DNA of 61,295 nt from Paraphysomonas bandaiensis. Lineage: Eukaryota; Protista; Chrysophyceae. Shown one piece after another: positions 13,599 to 25,913 of this stretch (position 1 is its first letter; every line of letters starts with the position of its first letter). The stretch covers positions 1 through 61,295 of the forward strand of contig CBFFRP010000262.1 in the NCBI GenBank assembly GCA_965644295.1. Reading direction: 5' to 3'. The notes beneath the pieces were generated by a model. That model made no database searches and was not told the DNA's origin. It saw only the letters and a program-made list of their open reading frames with translations. Both the position numbers and the translations under genes were made by a program.

Positions 13599-14930
13599 AT
13601 GACAGAGCCCGCTGCACAGTTTATTCGCAGCCTGGCATGCGAGTTGTCTTCCGTCCCGTGTGTGTCTGTTGATGTGGATGGTGTTATTGAGAGGGCAGTG
13701 CAGCGTATGGGAGAGAGACAGAGCCATGTAAGGGAAGAGATACAGACTAATATAGACAAATATAAGAGCTATCTGCTGGAGGTGATGGAGGTGATGTCAG
13801 CGGGTAACAAGTATGATAGAGTTGCACAGTTCAGTCTGCATGGGTCTCAGTTCAAGAGAATGATGGGCCAGATATGCGGAGCCAGTGCCTCTATCAGTGA
13901 TATCAAATCCTGCCTCAGATTTTCACCAAACACTCACCCAATTGAGTTGTGTAATGCACTGCTTTCTTTAAATAGCATTGATGCTAGCGAAGGTGTTGAT
14001 GTCTCCAAAATGATTGAGCACCACATAGCTCTACACCCGGGATGGGATGACTCGTGCCCTCATGCGCTCGCCTGTTTAGATGCATTTGTTGTAGTACTTT
14101 CTCATGTCAATCATGCACCGTCTACGCGTTATGCGCTGTCTCATCTCGAGCGGCATGCAGGTGTGTCGTGTTTTCTTTATATTGCCTTCATCGCGGTGTG
14201 GGTACACAGGGCGGTGGAGAAGTGGGGATTAGAATTAGTACAGGTTGATGTAATTTTGCGACACGTCGTTTCCGTATTACAAGCAGCAGACTTAAATGTT
14301 GAGGATAGTTCTGCGTTCTCCACCCTCTGTTGTTTAATGTCGCGTCACTGGCTTTCTGGTCTACCTCAGTCACGTGAAAGGACGCTGGTTAGTCGTTTGC
14401 TGTCTGCGGGTGAACTCGAAGGTCGCCCGGAGAGTGTAATACAAGCAGTAGCTGAACTTCTGTCACTTGATTCCAGCGTATCCTTAAACACAGCTTCTAG
14501 CGCAACGGAGTGGTTTTCTCAGCAGGCTGGGCTGATGGATTCTGGTTCACGGCATCTTGAAGCGGTGGTTTGTGGAGAAAGAAGGAGTGCTGAGGTTGAA
14601 TTAGACGCAGAGAAAGAGGAGTGGAAAAGGGCACTAGATGAAAGTGCGAAGAAAGAAAATAAAGTAGAAGAAAACGTTAATGATATTCAAGATGGTGAGG
14701 TCCAGGATGATGGTGAGCCCCTGGATGATGAATCCGATGACGGAGTAGCTTTCATGATGGATACTGCTGGAGATACAACAATTTTGAATCAATTTGAGGC
14801 CAGCATTAGTGGTCACGATGAAGAGGATAAAAGTGAAGTTGACCATGAAAAAAAGAGGAAGATGAAGCCAGAAAGTGAAACTAAGCCAGAGAGAAAATCG
14901 AAAAGAGTTAGTAAACGTACTGCTAAATAG
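13599..14930 (+). CDS. Hypothetical protein with acidic then basic C-terminal tail (possibly nuclear or nucleolar)
   Basis: Long uninterrupted ORF; probable ATG at 13599 (MTEPAAQ); no motif recognised. Confidence 0.7.
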   Translation: MTEPAAQFIRSLACELSSVPCVSVDVDGVIERAVQRMGERQSHVREEIQTNIDKYKSYLLEVMEVMSAGNKYDRVAQFSLHGSQFKRMMGQICGASASISDIKSCLRFSPNTHPIELCNALLSLNSIDASEGVDVSKMIEHHIALHPGWDDSCPHALACLDAFVVVLSHVNHAPSTRYALSHLERHAGVSCFLYIAFIAVWVHRAVEKWGLELVQVDVILRHVVSVLQAADLNVEDSSAFSTLCCLMSRHWLSGLPQSRERTLVSRLLSAGELEGRPESVIQAVAELLSLDSSVSLNTASSATEWFSQQAGLMDSGSRHLEAVVCGERRSAEVELDAEKEEWKRALDESAKKENKVEENVNDIQDGEVQDDGEPLDDESDDGVAFMMDTAGDTTILNQFEASISGHDEEDKSEVDHEKKRKMKPESETKPERKSKRVSKRTAK

Positions 14931-15115
14931 AGCTCTTCTAGTAAATCTATACTTTAATATAATTATTAATGACTACCAGTATGCTGCCATTGTATTAGTC
15001 TTGCTAAATTATACATATGTTTTCATATTCCATACAGGACTGACATTTCATCATATCAATTTGAATATTATCAAGCTTTACTGAAAATTATTTAAATATA
15101 CTATGTATTATGTTT

Positions 15116-16308
15116 CAGTGCTGCGTATCAATTAATTGTCAATTATTGAAATTGGGACATTGATTCATAAATTGCAATTATAATTGACTCCAGCTCGCTT
15201 CAATTAATCGTCAATTAATTGATATTTAAAAAACCACCTTTTTATGCTAAAAAGTTGTTTAAAAACGGCTTTTTTAGTAAAAAATCCAATTTTTAGAATA
15301 AAAACCGAAGATTGGTGAAAGTCTATAATATCCATAGCATTATTTCACATAGTAATTCATTTAATTAATTAGCGATAGGAGCGACAAATTGGCACCAGAA
15401 GTCATTGCACGAGTGTTATTTGAGAGTAAATAAATGATGATAATAATAACGAAGAGGCTGCAATAGAGATTTGTCCTGCAGGAAAAGGGACTCCACATTT
15501 TCCGTGATTAATCGCTACTTGCTTCTATCTAATCATATGCGATAATTCGAGTTTGGTTCCGACGTTTTAAAAGTCTAATTGTAGGACTATCCACCTATAT
15601 ACAGAGTGTATATTATATATATATGTATATTATGTCCTGTATTATATAATTAAGTATAGTACAATTACAGAAGTAAGGTTAACACCAGCTTGTTGATCTC
15701 CACGACGTTTGTACATTGATTGATGAACTCTTCATAATGCACCCGATTCTTGATCGTCTGGGCGACAGTGCTGCTATTATTCATAACGCTGCTTTCGAAA
15801 AGGAAGTCGTGAAGATTCAATATATGTGCCAACGAAGCCGTAACTCGGACGGCAAAGGATCAAACTAAAATATATTTGTTCGATAAGGAAGAAGAAGATT
15901 ATGATGATGCGAGTCTTAGCTAGCTCCGAATGACGACGCAGCGCAACATTTGTTTGATGGTAGCAGGTAGCAGCGGAAGCGAGCAAGACTTAACCAGCAA
16001 ACTCGTTACGGATGAAACACTTGCATACCACAACCAATAAGGTTGAGAGGTTATTCAGTAGAGCTAAGATTGTTATGACGGGCTTGCGCAAGAGCTTGAC
16101 TCCTCAACATTTAGTGCTAATTATATGTTCTTACGCATGAATCGTTGCCGCTGGAATGAAACGACAGTTAATGTAGCTATATTCGCAGCTAGTGTATTTT
16201 AGTACTAAATAATTGCAATTAATTGCAATAGTTGAAATTGAGACAGCAAGTAATAATTGCAATTATAATTGACTACAACCTGCGTCAATTAATTAATACG
16301 CTGCCCTG
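15116..16308 (+). mobile_element. Non-autonomous hAT element with decayed transposase C-terminus
   Basis: TIRs cagtgctgcgtatcaattaatt / aattaatacgctgccctg; 8-bp TSD ttatgttt/ttatgtat; encodes TTNKVERLFSRAKIVM; homologous to 49585-50585. Confidence 0.85.
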
Positions 16309-16469
16309 TTATGTATATATGTTAAGTGTTTTGATTGCAGTAGCTTATCAACTTATACATGCACATATATATACCTGAAGGGATATACTTCTTTCACTGT
16401 TAAACGGATATATACTAAAGTAAACAGTCGAAAATAGAAAATATATTATACTTTATACCACAGTGGTGG

Positions 16470-16795
16470 AGGCCTTTTATTATTAGCAATATAGGTGTAT
16501 GTAATAGTAAGAACTAAAGTAGCAAAACAATTTAACTAACTCTGATATCCTACTATTTGGCGCTACGAAAGCTGCTTTTGCACCAAGGTGAACTGTCCTT
16601 AAGGTAAACTAGCCCAGATACTTGACTTCAGCAGGCAGCACAATATCTCGGATGCCCTTCAGGATGTCTGTTTATTCGCCAAGAGGCCAAAAGACGTCTA
16701 CGTTGCTATATCTTCTCACTATATGTGGCTCACGCTAGTTTCCCGGAGAAATATCTCCGGTACTTATTCCCCATAACACCACGAAAAGGTGTAAT
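16470..16795 (-). mobile_element. Retroposon-like 3' fragment, body type 1
   Basis: Similar to 42640-43130; partly deleted conserved motif at 16566-16593; tattgctaataa tail. Confidence 0.6.
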
Positions 16796-17314
16796 AAGCA
16801 TATGAAATTTATGATATCAGACAGCAAATTTTTCCAAAAAGTGATAATAAATTTCTAATAAAAGAATCTTTAGATGAAATGATTTCCTCAGAGGAAATCT
16901 AATTCCAGATGCAGTTCTCATTTTTATTCACTTTAGCTTATTTTATCTCAGTTAGATCGTTAAAGAAAAGTTAAGTTTTAATATTATGACTAGAGACAAG
17001 ATAGATTTCAATTACATATGACCGTTTTTCACATTAAATTAAACGAATAATAAAACAATTCTGTGGTTAAGTCATAAGTAAGCATAACTGTTCCCCCAAT
17101 TTTGTATTGAGACTTCTTCATCTGGACTCGGGATAATTAAATGGTATCTACTAGTTGTGTGTGCGTGGCTGTTAGAATTGAACTATTTACTGAAGTTAAC
17201 GTTGATCTATATGTACACATTAATATTGCTGCGTTGCCAACAATGTATTTTCAATAAAGAATTATAATTATTATTCTCAACACAAAACAACATGATAATA
17301 ATATTATTATTATA

Positions 17315-18030
17315 TATATATATTATATATAGTGTCTGATTTATTAGCAATAGAGATGCATATATTATAATATATAATAACGTCATATTATTATTTAGCA
17401 ATATAGACATGGAAGTATTAAAACTAATAGAAATTGAAACTAAAAAAACAAAGGTCTGCCTAGCACTTAATACTAATATATCCTACTAGTTATCGGTACG
17501 GAGGCTGCTTGTGCGCGTCACCGCAAGCACCAAGGTGCAACCACCTCCGCTTTAAGTAGAGGTGAAAAATGTGTAGTGACCTTTGGGGTTAGGGTCTCTA
17601 TATCGAACTTGAGGGTCGGGGTTTGAGGCTTGTAGGATGGATGTAAGCGTTTCTGGTTGAAGGCGAAGATGTAGTTGACGAAGAAGGTGCCGGAATGTTG
17701 GTTGTTTGTAGTGTGAAGTGACGCCAATGAGTGGAGAGTATTTGAGGCTGCACTTGTTGATCTGGGGTGGAACTGGGCTTGGGTCTGCTTCCTGTGTGAT
17801 TACGGGCCGTGCATCCGGGTGCCAGTTGTGGTTGTGGAGTTGGGCAGCGTAGCTTTGACAGCATCCGGTGATTACGACTACAGATTCAAAATAAAGTACA
17901 CAACTTATTCAAATATAACAGCTGGTGAACATCTGTTTTCAGAAATACGTGTTTATCATATTTTATGTTCACCACGTATTACCTCGACTTTGCATCACCG
18001 CAAGCAGCAAGGTGCGATCACTTCCGTTCT
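17315..18030 (-). mobile_element. Retroposon-like 3' fragments, body type 2, with (TA)-rich tail
   Basis: Conserved motif at 17499-17549 and a partial one at 17990-18026; body and tail similar to 35655-35870. Confidence 0.6.
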
Positions 18031-18076
18031 TGAATATATGTGAGGGGGAAGAAGTTAGTTAAGTTGTTTAAAAGTC

Positions 18077-18495
18077 AGGGCCTGGTAGCCATTAATGGCC
18101 CATTATAATGGTAGTCCAGTTCCCGGCAATTATAATGGCCATTACTACCTACTAACGTAGACGTAAAATATGCATATTCTCAATGATGTTTTAGAGTTTT
18201 TGGGTACATGAGTACGTTGTTATGCATATCCATTATGGATATTGCTCAGGAAACTATTCTCTAACACTAGAATGTATTGAGAAGTTAGTGAGCAAAGTTG
18301 TCACAAAGTGCCTGTGTAGAATTGCATGAAAATTGTTGTCTAATATTGCTGAGAGTTTCTTCGGAGTGTAGAGGAAATACATACTACATTATCTTTAAAA
18401 CTTTAAGTTCTATATAGAGCAGTACGTATCATTAATGGTGGTGTAGTTCCCGGCAATTATAATGCCATTACAACATTTACGGTTACAAAGCCCTG
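18077..18495. mobile_element. MITE of a second hAT-like family
   Basis: Ends cagggcctggtagcc / ggttacaaagccctg; subterminal gttcccggcaattataatg repeats shared with 48890-49006; TSD not preserved. Confidence 0.6.
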
Positions 18496-18768
18496 CTTTA
18501 GCTTCTGACTATTACGCACTCCTATTACTAATAATCAACACTACTCATTACTATTGCTTTCATATTAACTCGACATATTGTAGGAGTTTCCCACTGAACT
18601 AAACTACGCACCAACTAGACATTGTACTACATTATGGATTACATTTACTCCATCACACTGTATAAACTTGTACATAATTCTAAATTAGCAGTATAGAAGG
18701 AGTGCTTCATGAGACATAAACACTAATCTCTTCACGATCAAACGGAATAGACTAATGTAAAATCATAT

Positions 18769-21444
18769 TCAGAGATCTCTGTTGGCCAACCGGCGAACGG
18801 ACATAGCTATCGAATTTCTTCGCGTTCGAACACCGGTTGGTCTCGATACACTGTCGTCTTGTTTCTCCCTGCTGTCTTGTAAGGGCTTTCTCGATATTGA
18901 TTGGCGAGACTTGACACTGGATACTTGGTTTTCGGTCATTTGGCTGGCAGACCCCAGCAACGACATACGCTTTTTCTTCGCTGCAGCTCTTGTAAGTGGT
19001 TTAAGATCAACTGTACTTTTCTTCAAGCTATCTCCCTCAGACGACTCAGGGAGTACATTCGATCTTTCAGTCAAAGCAGCCTGACTACGTGATGATGCTT
19101 TTATTGTAGGAATCAGGGAGCTTCGTCGCTTTTTCTGGCGCGGTTGATCTATGTTTTCTTCGTCAAATATCTCCACGGCGAGAGCCTGAGGTTCAACTTT
19201 CATCTCAGCAGAAAGAGCGCTTTCATGCGCACGTTTCTTTTTCACAGCATCATTGTCCCGAGCTGCGTAACGACTGGCCCTAGACTTAGTCTCTTTTCTG
19301 TCTTGAGAAGTAATTAAGCGTCCTTTCATCGATATGATGTCATTGGACCCACTTTGATTTAGCTGTGGAAGGCTTAGATCAGAACCAAATCTGTTTAAAT
19401 AAAATACATGACGCTGAAAGCAAAATTTACTTTAATACTTACTCCTCGTCGTGAGCTGGAGTGGCGGAAACGTCGGTGGACGACACATTCAGACTCATGC
19501 GTACTTTATTTTTGTCCCGATCAGTGTCAAGAAAAGTAGGATCTTTCAAAATAGAATCAAACATACGCTGCTGTTCCCTACAAAAAGATCACGAATATAT
19601 GCGTACAGAGTGAAATTCGTACTGCGTAATTCTTGACAGAGCCGCTATGCGATCCTTTAGCTTCGCATCGTCTCTCCTTTGCAATCCTGTGGGGCGGGCG
19701 CTCTCAGCGGAATCTACATTCGACGACGTCTCACCAGCTGAACTACTCGATTCGCCCGTGCCGTCTACAACGCTACAACGTCTCTGAATAATATTACTCA
19801 TTCTTCGTTGCCCCTCCCTAAAAAAATTAAGATGGATAAGAAAAGCACAAGCAACTCACCCTGCCACTTTTGTTAGCTTATCAAGCTCCTGTTCTGCCGC
19901 CTGAAAGTCCATACATTCAGTAGCATCTGTGGAGACGTCAAGATAGACATCAGTGCATGCAACAGCAGCTTCTTCTTGCATTTGCGTCACATCCATCTCT
20001 TCGATACGTGATACATCAACTGTCTCGACGACATCCATTTGCTGGTGACATTTAAGTATGGCATTTTGAGATTCATCCCCGCGAGAATTTTGAAGCTGAG
20101 CAATGATTCCTTCAAGTTCAGTCACACGTGCTCTCAACATGGCATTCTCCTCTCTGAGATGTGCCTCTCGCTCCATCCAAGTACCCTCCCGTTGTTGTTG
20201 CTCACAAACAGGAGCAACTTTGATATTTTTGGCTCGGTTAGCGTACTTGAGGGTATTGTGTGAGTCCTCAAACGTTACGTCAGATGGATTTACATTAGCT
20301 ATCATGATCAAGTTACACTTTCCCTCGAGAGAGCTCTTCAAGAGATGGGTGAGTTTAGAGTCCCGATACTTCACATTCGTTTTCTTAGCACCATTATTAC
20401 CTGCAAGTGCATTTATACAGTTTGCTAGGGCAAGTAAAGACTTGTTTATATTGGCGCCTTCTTGTAATCTAGAACCTCTGTTAGCTGTAGCAGAAGCGCG
20501 CTCTGAGCCTGCAAGATCAATCAGCGAGAGTGTGGAGTCCGTACTTAATTCCTGTCCTGACTGAGATCGCTTCTTGTGCTGCACAACTAATTGAAGCACA
20601 GCGTGAGAGCGTGAAGAAACCTGATTGGCCATTGTAGCTTCTGTCTTTCTATGACGATTGCCCTGGTGCAACAACTGTAGAACTGCCTCCGTGGACGTTA
20701 CAGTTTGCTTCGTTAGGCCTGCGACGACCACAACACCCCTCTCTTGATCCTCACGAACTGAGAGGACTTTCCCAGTGGGCTCGAGAAGGTCATAGACCTG
20801 CTCGTTATAGACTTCCATAAAAGATACATAAACACTCCAGCTTTCATTCAGACCAGCCACGGCTTTACGCTCACCCACTAGCTTAAAAATATCTTGCAGG
20901 GCGTTCGGAATTATGCCAGCCTCAGAGTTTCCCCTGGCATCGTCGCATCGAGTGTTTCCCATCATCGTATGGGTCTTACCAGCACCTGTAAAAAAATTAT
21001 GTAACAAAATTGATTTTAATGGGGTTTACCTGTTGCTCCATAAGCAAATACGGTGACGTTATATCCTTCAATAACGTTCTGCATATATTTCTTCGTAGTC
21101 TTTTCATACACATCATATTGGGACGATGACGAGTCAAACGCCGCATCAAAGCAATATTCATTCAAACTGCGTTACATACTCATTAATATAACTATAAGCA
21201 AAAACATATCATAGTACCTCCCCTGCTGACTTTTGAGGTACATAGCGGCATTGCCTTCCTTCCGGATGGCTACAACGTTACCATTAACAACACTGCAGCA
21301 TGAGGTTTGCCCAGCTTCAATTTCTTTTGTCGATAAAGGGCGAATTCGGACAGCAACCATCATATTTTGGTTCTGAGATGCACCAGATTTGGCCCCCTCA
21401 ATGCCAAGTCGTTTCTTCGGTTTAGTTTCGGTCTTACAATCCAT
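18769..21444 (-). CDS. Kinesin motor protein, kinesin-8 (KIF18/KIF19)-like, multi-exon
   Basis: Spliced P-loop YGATGAGKTHTM, SSRSHA, LIDLAGSER, YRDSKLT, HNTLKYANRAKNIK; coiled coil and basic tail. Confidence 0.92.
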
Positions 21445-22059
21445 ATCTGGTTACTACTTTATCTAATAGATACCACTCTTATGAAGCACAATAGAGAATG
21501 TTTTCGATACAGCTCTATTAGGTTGTAAATACCATCGGCGGTCTCCTCAGCGTAGTGTGTTGTTGATTTACTTGTTAGTTGATTCGAGTTGCTTGTTTGA
21601 TTGTTCATAGCACTGCAATCAAGTGACCGTTGAAAAAATAATTCACTTGTATGACATTTGAATCCCATATTTCTATATAAAAGTCGGGTTTTATGTTTTT
21701 TCGACGTAAAAAGGCAACTTCTCCATCTCAAAACACCAGTAAATAGTGTAACCAATAGTTACTCTATATTCTGTTGTAGAGATGTTTTATTGGATACCAG
21801 TTGACGTCCACCAGTCCACGGACTGACGCACAGGGTTCATCATGATATAGCCGTACCATATGGCAGGCCTACCATAGCAGCACAGCTCTGTATGCTACTA
21901 TATAATTACCGCAGTAGTTAATTGGAGCTCGCTGGTTCGCCATATCTAGATATCTTCCATTGTACCGATTCGGGTGACCAAACTGCGATCGTGTTAGTAG
22001 AATACACACACCACAGCCGCATACTTTAACCTTATTAACCGACAAAACTGATTGTTATA

Positions 22060-23578
22060 ATGAACAGATTAACAGCTGATGACGTTAAGCTAACAGACAT
22101 GATGTTCGGTAGTGACGATGACAGTGTTGAGGGTGAAGCTGACAGTCATTCAGCGGATAATAAAATACCCTACGCTGAAGTCAGAGAGAACCTCAGTGTT
22201 GGGGGAGGTCGGGGTATTTTCGCAACTACTTTTGTTCCTGCGGGTAGTTTAATATTATCAGAACTCCCCATAATTCAATGGAACGCATCAACAGATTTTT
22301 CGTCAGTTGTCGACATAGGTAATATTATTACCGAAATATTCTCATCTCCTGCGATTCTGAGTAGTATTAATTTACTTTACCCACGTCCAACTGATATAAT
22401 TCCTGAACAGTCATATGATGATATGAAAGCACTTTTTGACGAACATGACGGAAACTATCTTTCTGATTTGCGTTCTATGTGTAATTGTTCAATGCGTGAA
22501 GCAATCCGTGTTGCTTTGGTGATTCGACATAATGGTTTCAAAAATGGGCTGTACACTCAGCAGTGTATGATGAATCACTCTTGCTTGCCCAATTGCATTA
22601 AATTGACTCCTGGGTCAAAGTACGCTCCTTCCGAGATATGGAGCACACGTGATGTAGCATTAGGTGAGGAGCTCACTATTAGCTACGTTTATCCACTAGA
22701 GTCTACAGCCTTGTACACACGTACATACCTTAAGAAGAGCCATTGCTTTGAATGTCGGTGTCCATCGTGCGAAGCTGGTGAATTAAGTGACTCAGTATTG
22801 AGCGAAGATGAAATTATTGAACTGGAGAATAAGGTTCAAAAGTGCGAAAATCAATACACAATTGATATATCTGATAAGCCTAGTACTGAAAGTCGGTGTG
22901 GAAGTCATTACAGAGATATTCTGGGAGAACTACTTCGTATCCCATTGCTACGTTTTAATTTAAGATTGGACATACTATGTACACTACCCGTTGAATTAAC
23001 GAGCGAAACTCCTGCGAATCAAGACATTAGTCGGGGCGACATCTTTGTCCGTGTTCGTCTTCTGAAATGCTGTGTCAGAGTAGCATTGGCGTGGGTCGGT
23101 GCGAGCGAGGCGATACATGAAGACGTCTCTGAAGATGCTGCCGTTTTATTCCTCTGGGCGTCTTTGATGTTGTATTTCTCTCAGGTGTGTATTACTCATC
23201 TAGTGTTGGTACATTCTATGTATTCTTGTGTCGAATATATCGTATTTTATATACGTGTAGGTGTTGCATCTTGGCCACTGTCACCCAGATGTGGGATCTA
23301 CTGTGCATGATATTTTGGAAGGGTTAAGAGGGATACGGTTGAAGTTTCCTGCACTGTTAGAAGCTTACTTTAGCACCGTAGAGTGGCAAAATATATGTGC
23401 TTCTCCTGAGACAGGTTCATTTGCCAATCTGGAAGCGTCTATTTCTGCTGCAATGTTGCGTTGTGAGAAGCAAATCGCTGCAATGAAACAGATGTATTGT
23501 ACAGCTTCAACACACCCTCAAGCTCTGAAGTTAATTGGACAAACACCTGGTAGTATATACTGGGGAAGTGATACCTAG
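22060..23578 (+). CDS. SMYD-type SET-domain lysine methyltransferase, two exons
   Basis: GRGIFA, NHSCLPNC, GEELTISY and post-SET FECRCPSC; intron at about 23185-23260. Confidence 0.85.
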
Positions 23579-23877
23579 AATATTTTTTCAATCGTGATAG
23601 TTGTAGTAGTTTTAATTTTAACCTACGTTGTGTCTAATATGAAGGTTATTGTTCGTGACATGCAAACAAATAGTACGGAAAACCAGTTGTTAAGGGGCCT
23701 GTTGTTAATAGTATAGTAGTGTGTTGTGTATTTGCATTAATATGTACGCATCATGCACCACATCAATGTCATCGTTATCAATATGAGAAGCTTTTGGTAT
23801 ATATATTAGAAAATATTTACAATAATACATTGTGTGCTATCTAATCAGTAGCAAATACTGATGAATGTTTTTATGTT

Positions 23878-25430
23878 TTGCCAGTCGACCGATTAATCTA
23901 CTGCACTATGTCTTGCGATTTGAAGATTCTACTCACTGGTTTGAATTGAGAGATTGAGAGGGAGTGTTGAGTTTTGCTTGCGTAACAATCAGATGTTGCC
24001 TCTTTTGCACCATCACACTCCCTCTCGACTCCCTGTTGCTGGACACACCGGATGACCCTCATATCCCACCCCTGTCCAGCTATACACTCTCTTGCATGTG
24101 CTCTCTACCGTTGGCTAAGACAGCAAAAGAGTCGATTTCGACGCTTCTTCACAGTAGGCCATAACCTTTTGCAAGACCTTCATCCACATACCTCCGAGCC
24201 ACTTGGAACAATGCCTAAAGGAAGGCCACCAGATCGCCAATCTCAGAAGGGCATATTACTGTTTCCCCTAACTGCCATAAGGCTAATAAGTCAGTCCCCG
24301 TGAGGTACATAAGGCTATCTATCATATAGCGAGTGGAGTCTCATCCCAAGAGGAGACCTCCAGATCACACGCGCCGGTGAGTCCCAGGACACACGATCAT
24401 GGCGAGCCTCATAACACACACTAAGAACGGAAGTGGTTGCACCTTGGTGCTTGCGGCGACGCACAAGCAGCTTCTGTAGCGTTAAATAGTAGGATAAAAG
24501 AGTTTGTATTGATTAGTTACGGGTAGTAGTCTAACTAGTATGACTAGCATTCTTCTAGCCACTAATTGGTGCAGGCTTTCAACGCCTATTGCTAAATAAT
24601 CAGACATTCAATATATATATTTGCCAGTCGACCGATTAATCTACTGCACTATGTCTTGCGATTTGAAGATTCTACTCACTGGTTTGAATTGAGAGATTGA
24701 GAGGGAGTGTTGAGTTTTGCTTGCGTAACAATCAGATGTTGCCTCTTTTGCACCATCACACTCCCTCTCGACTCCCTGTTGCTGGACACACCGGATGACC
24801 CTCATATCCCACCCCTGTCCAGCTATACACTCTCTTGCATGTGCTCTCTACCGTTGGCTAAGACAGCAAAAGAGTCGATTTCGACGCTTCTTCACAGTAG
24901 GCCATAACCTTTTGCAAGACCTTCATCCACATACCTCCGAGCCGCTTGGCACAATGCCTAAAGGAAGGCCACCAGATCGCCAATATAAGCAGGGTATAGT
25001 ACATAGTACTGTGTTCCCCTGGTTGCCGTGAGGTACATAAGGCAGTCCCCGATGCAAATTGCACACAATGTATGTGTAGTCTTAATTGTTCCAGTGTTGT
25101 AGTAGTAGACTTAGATCACTGCTTTCACTTGTCATGCTGTACGTTGCACAACGTGTCCCCTACATACACATCTATCATATAGCGCCGGTGAGTCCTAGGA
25201 CACACGACAATGGCGAAACTCGCAATCAACATCAAGAACGGAAGTGGTCGCACCTTGGTTCTTGCGGCGACGCACAAGCAGCTTCTGTAGCGTTAAATAG
25301 TAGGATAATGGAATTTGTGCTGATTAGTTATGGGTAGAGGTCTAACTAGTATGTCTAGCATTCAACTAGCCACTATATTGGCACAGGTTTTTAACGCCTA
25401 TTGCTAAATAAAAAGACCTTCAATATATCA
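23878..25430 (+). mobile_element. Tandem pair of retroposon-like units (23878-24620 and 24621-25430), body type 3
   Basis: First ~364 bp nearly identical at a 743-bp offset; each unit ends in the conserved motif and cctattgctaaataa...caatata tail. Confidence 0.75.
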
Positions 25431-25913
25431 ATTAATTGGTGATAGACATCCAACAATAATAATTGCAATGATTAATCAAGCATCCAATTATTGGCAACAT
25501 TTACCAATAATAAGAATTGAAATTATCACTCTTAAAACCAATTAATTGTAACGCAAGCATGGTTTGTGAGCAAGGCAATATATATCCTTATTTTATTTTA
25601 GTATGCGTTATCCCATTGCGTAGTCTAATAGTCTCTATAATAAATAATAGAAATATAGTGTATGATATACATGAATAATGCCTATGACCTGCGTTGTTGT
25701 TTCCATCAAATAACTATGCCGGTATCTACAACCTGTTAGGGCTTGGTTCATCAGTATTTGCCGGCGGCAGGGCTAATGCGACAACAGTTTTCTTAACTGA
25801 TGTCGGAGTTCATTGTCATAGCACCACCAAACTCAATGTCAGCGTAGTTACGTTCCGAATACAACCATACACACAAAATGTTATTTCAATATCCATACAC
25901 TAGATTAGTCTCT

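Noticed and set aside
12404-13727. MYVC-repeat ORFs (also 54588-55104)
   Set aside because: Translation artefacts of the stop-free (TGTA)n microsatellite
23964-25064. Assignment of the tandem units to RTE LINEs or Penelope-like elements
   Set aside because: Only a faint GH...GRP resemblance; no RT, endonuclease or hammerhead core is visible
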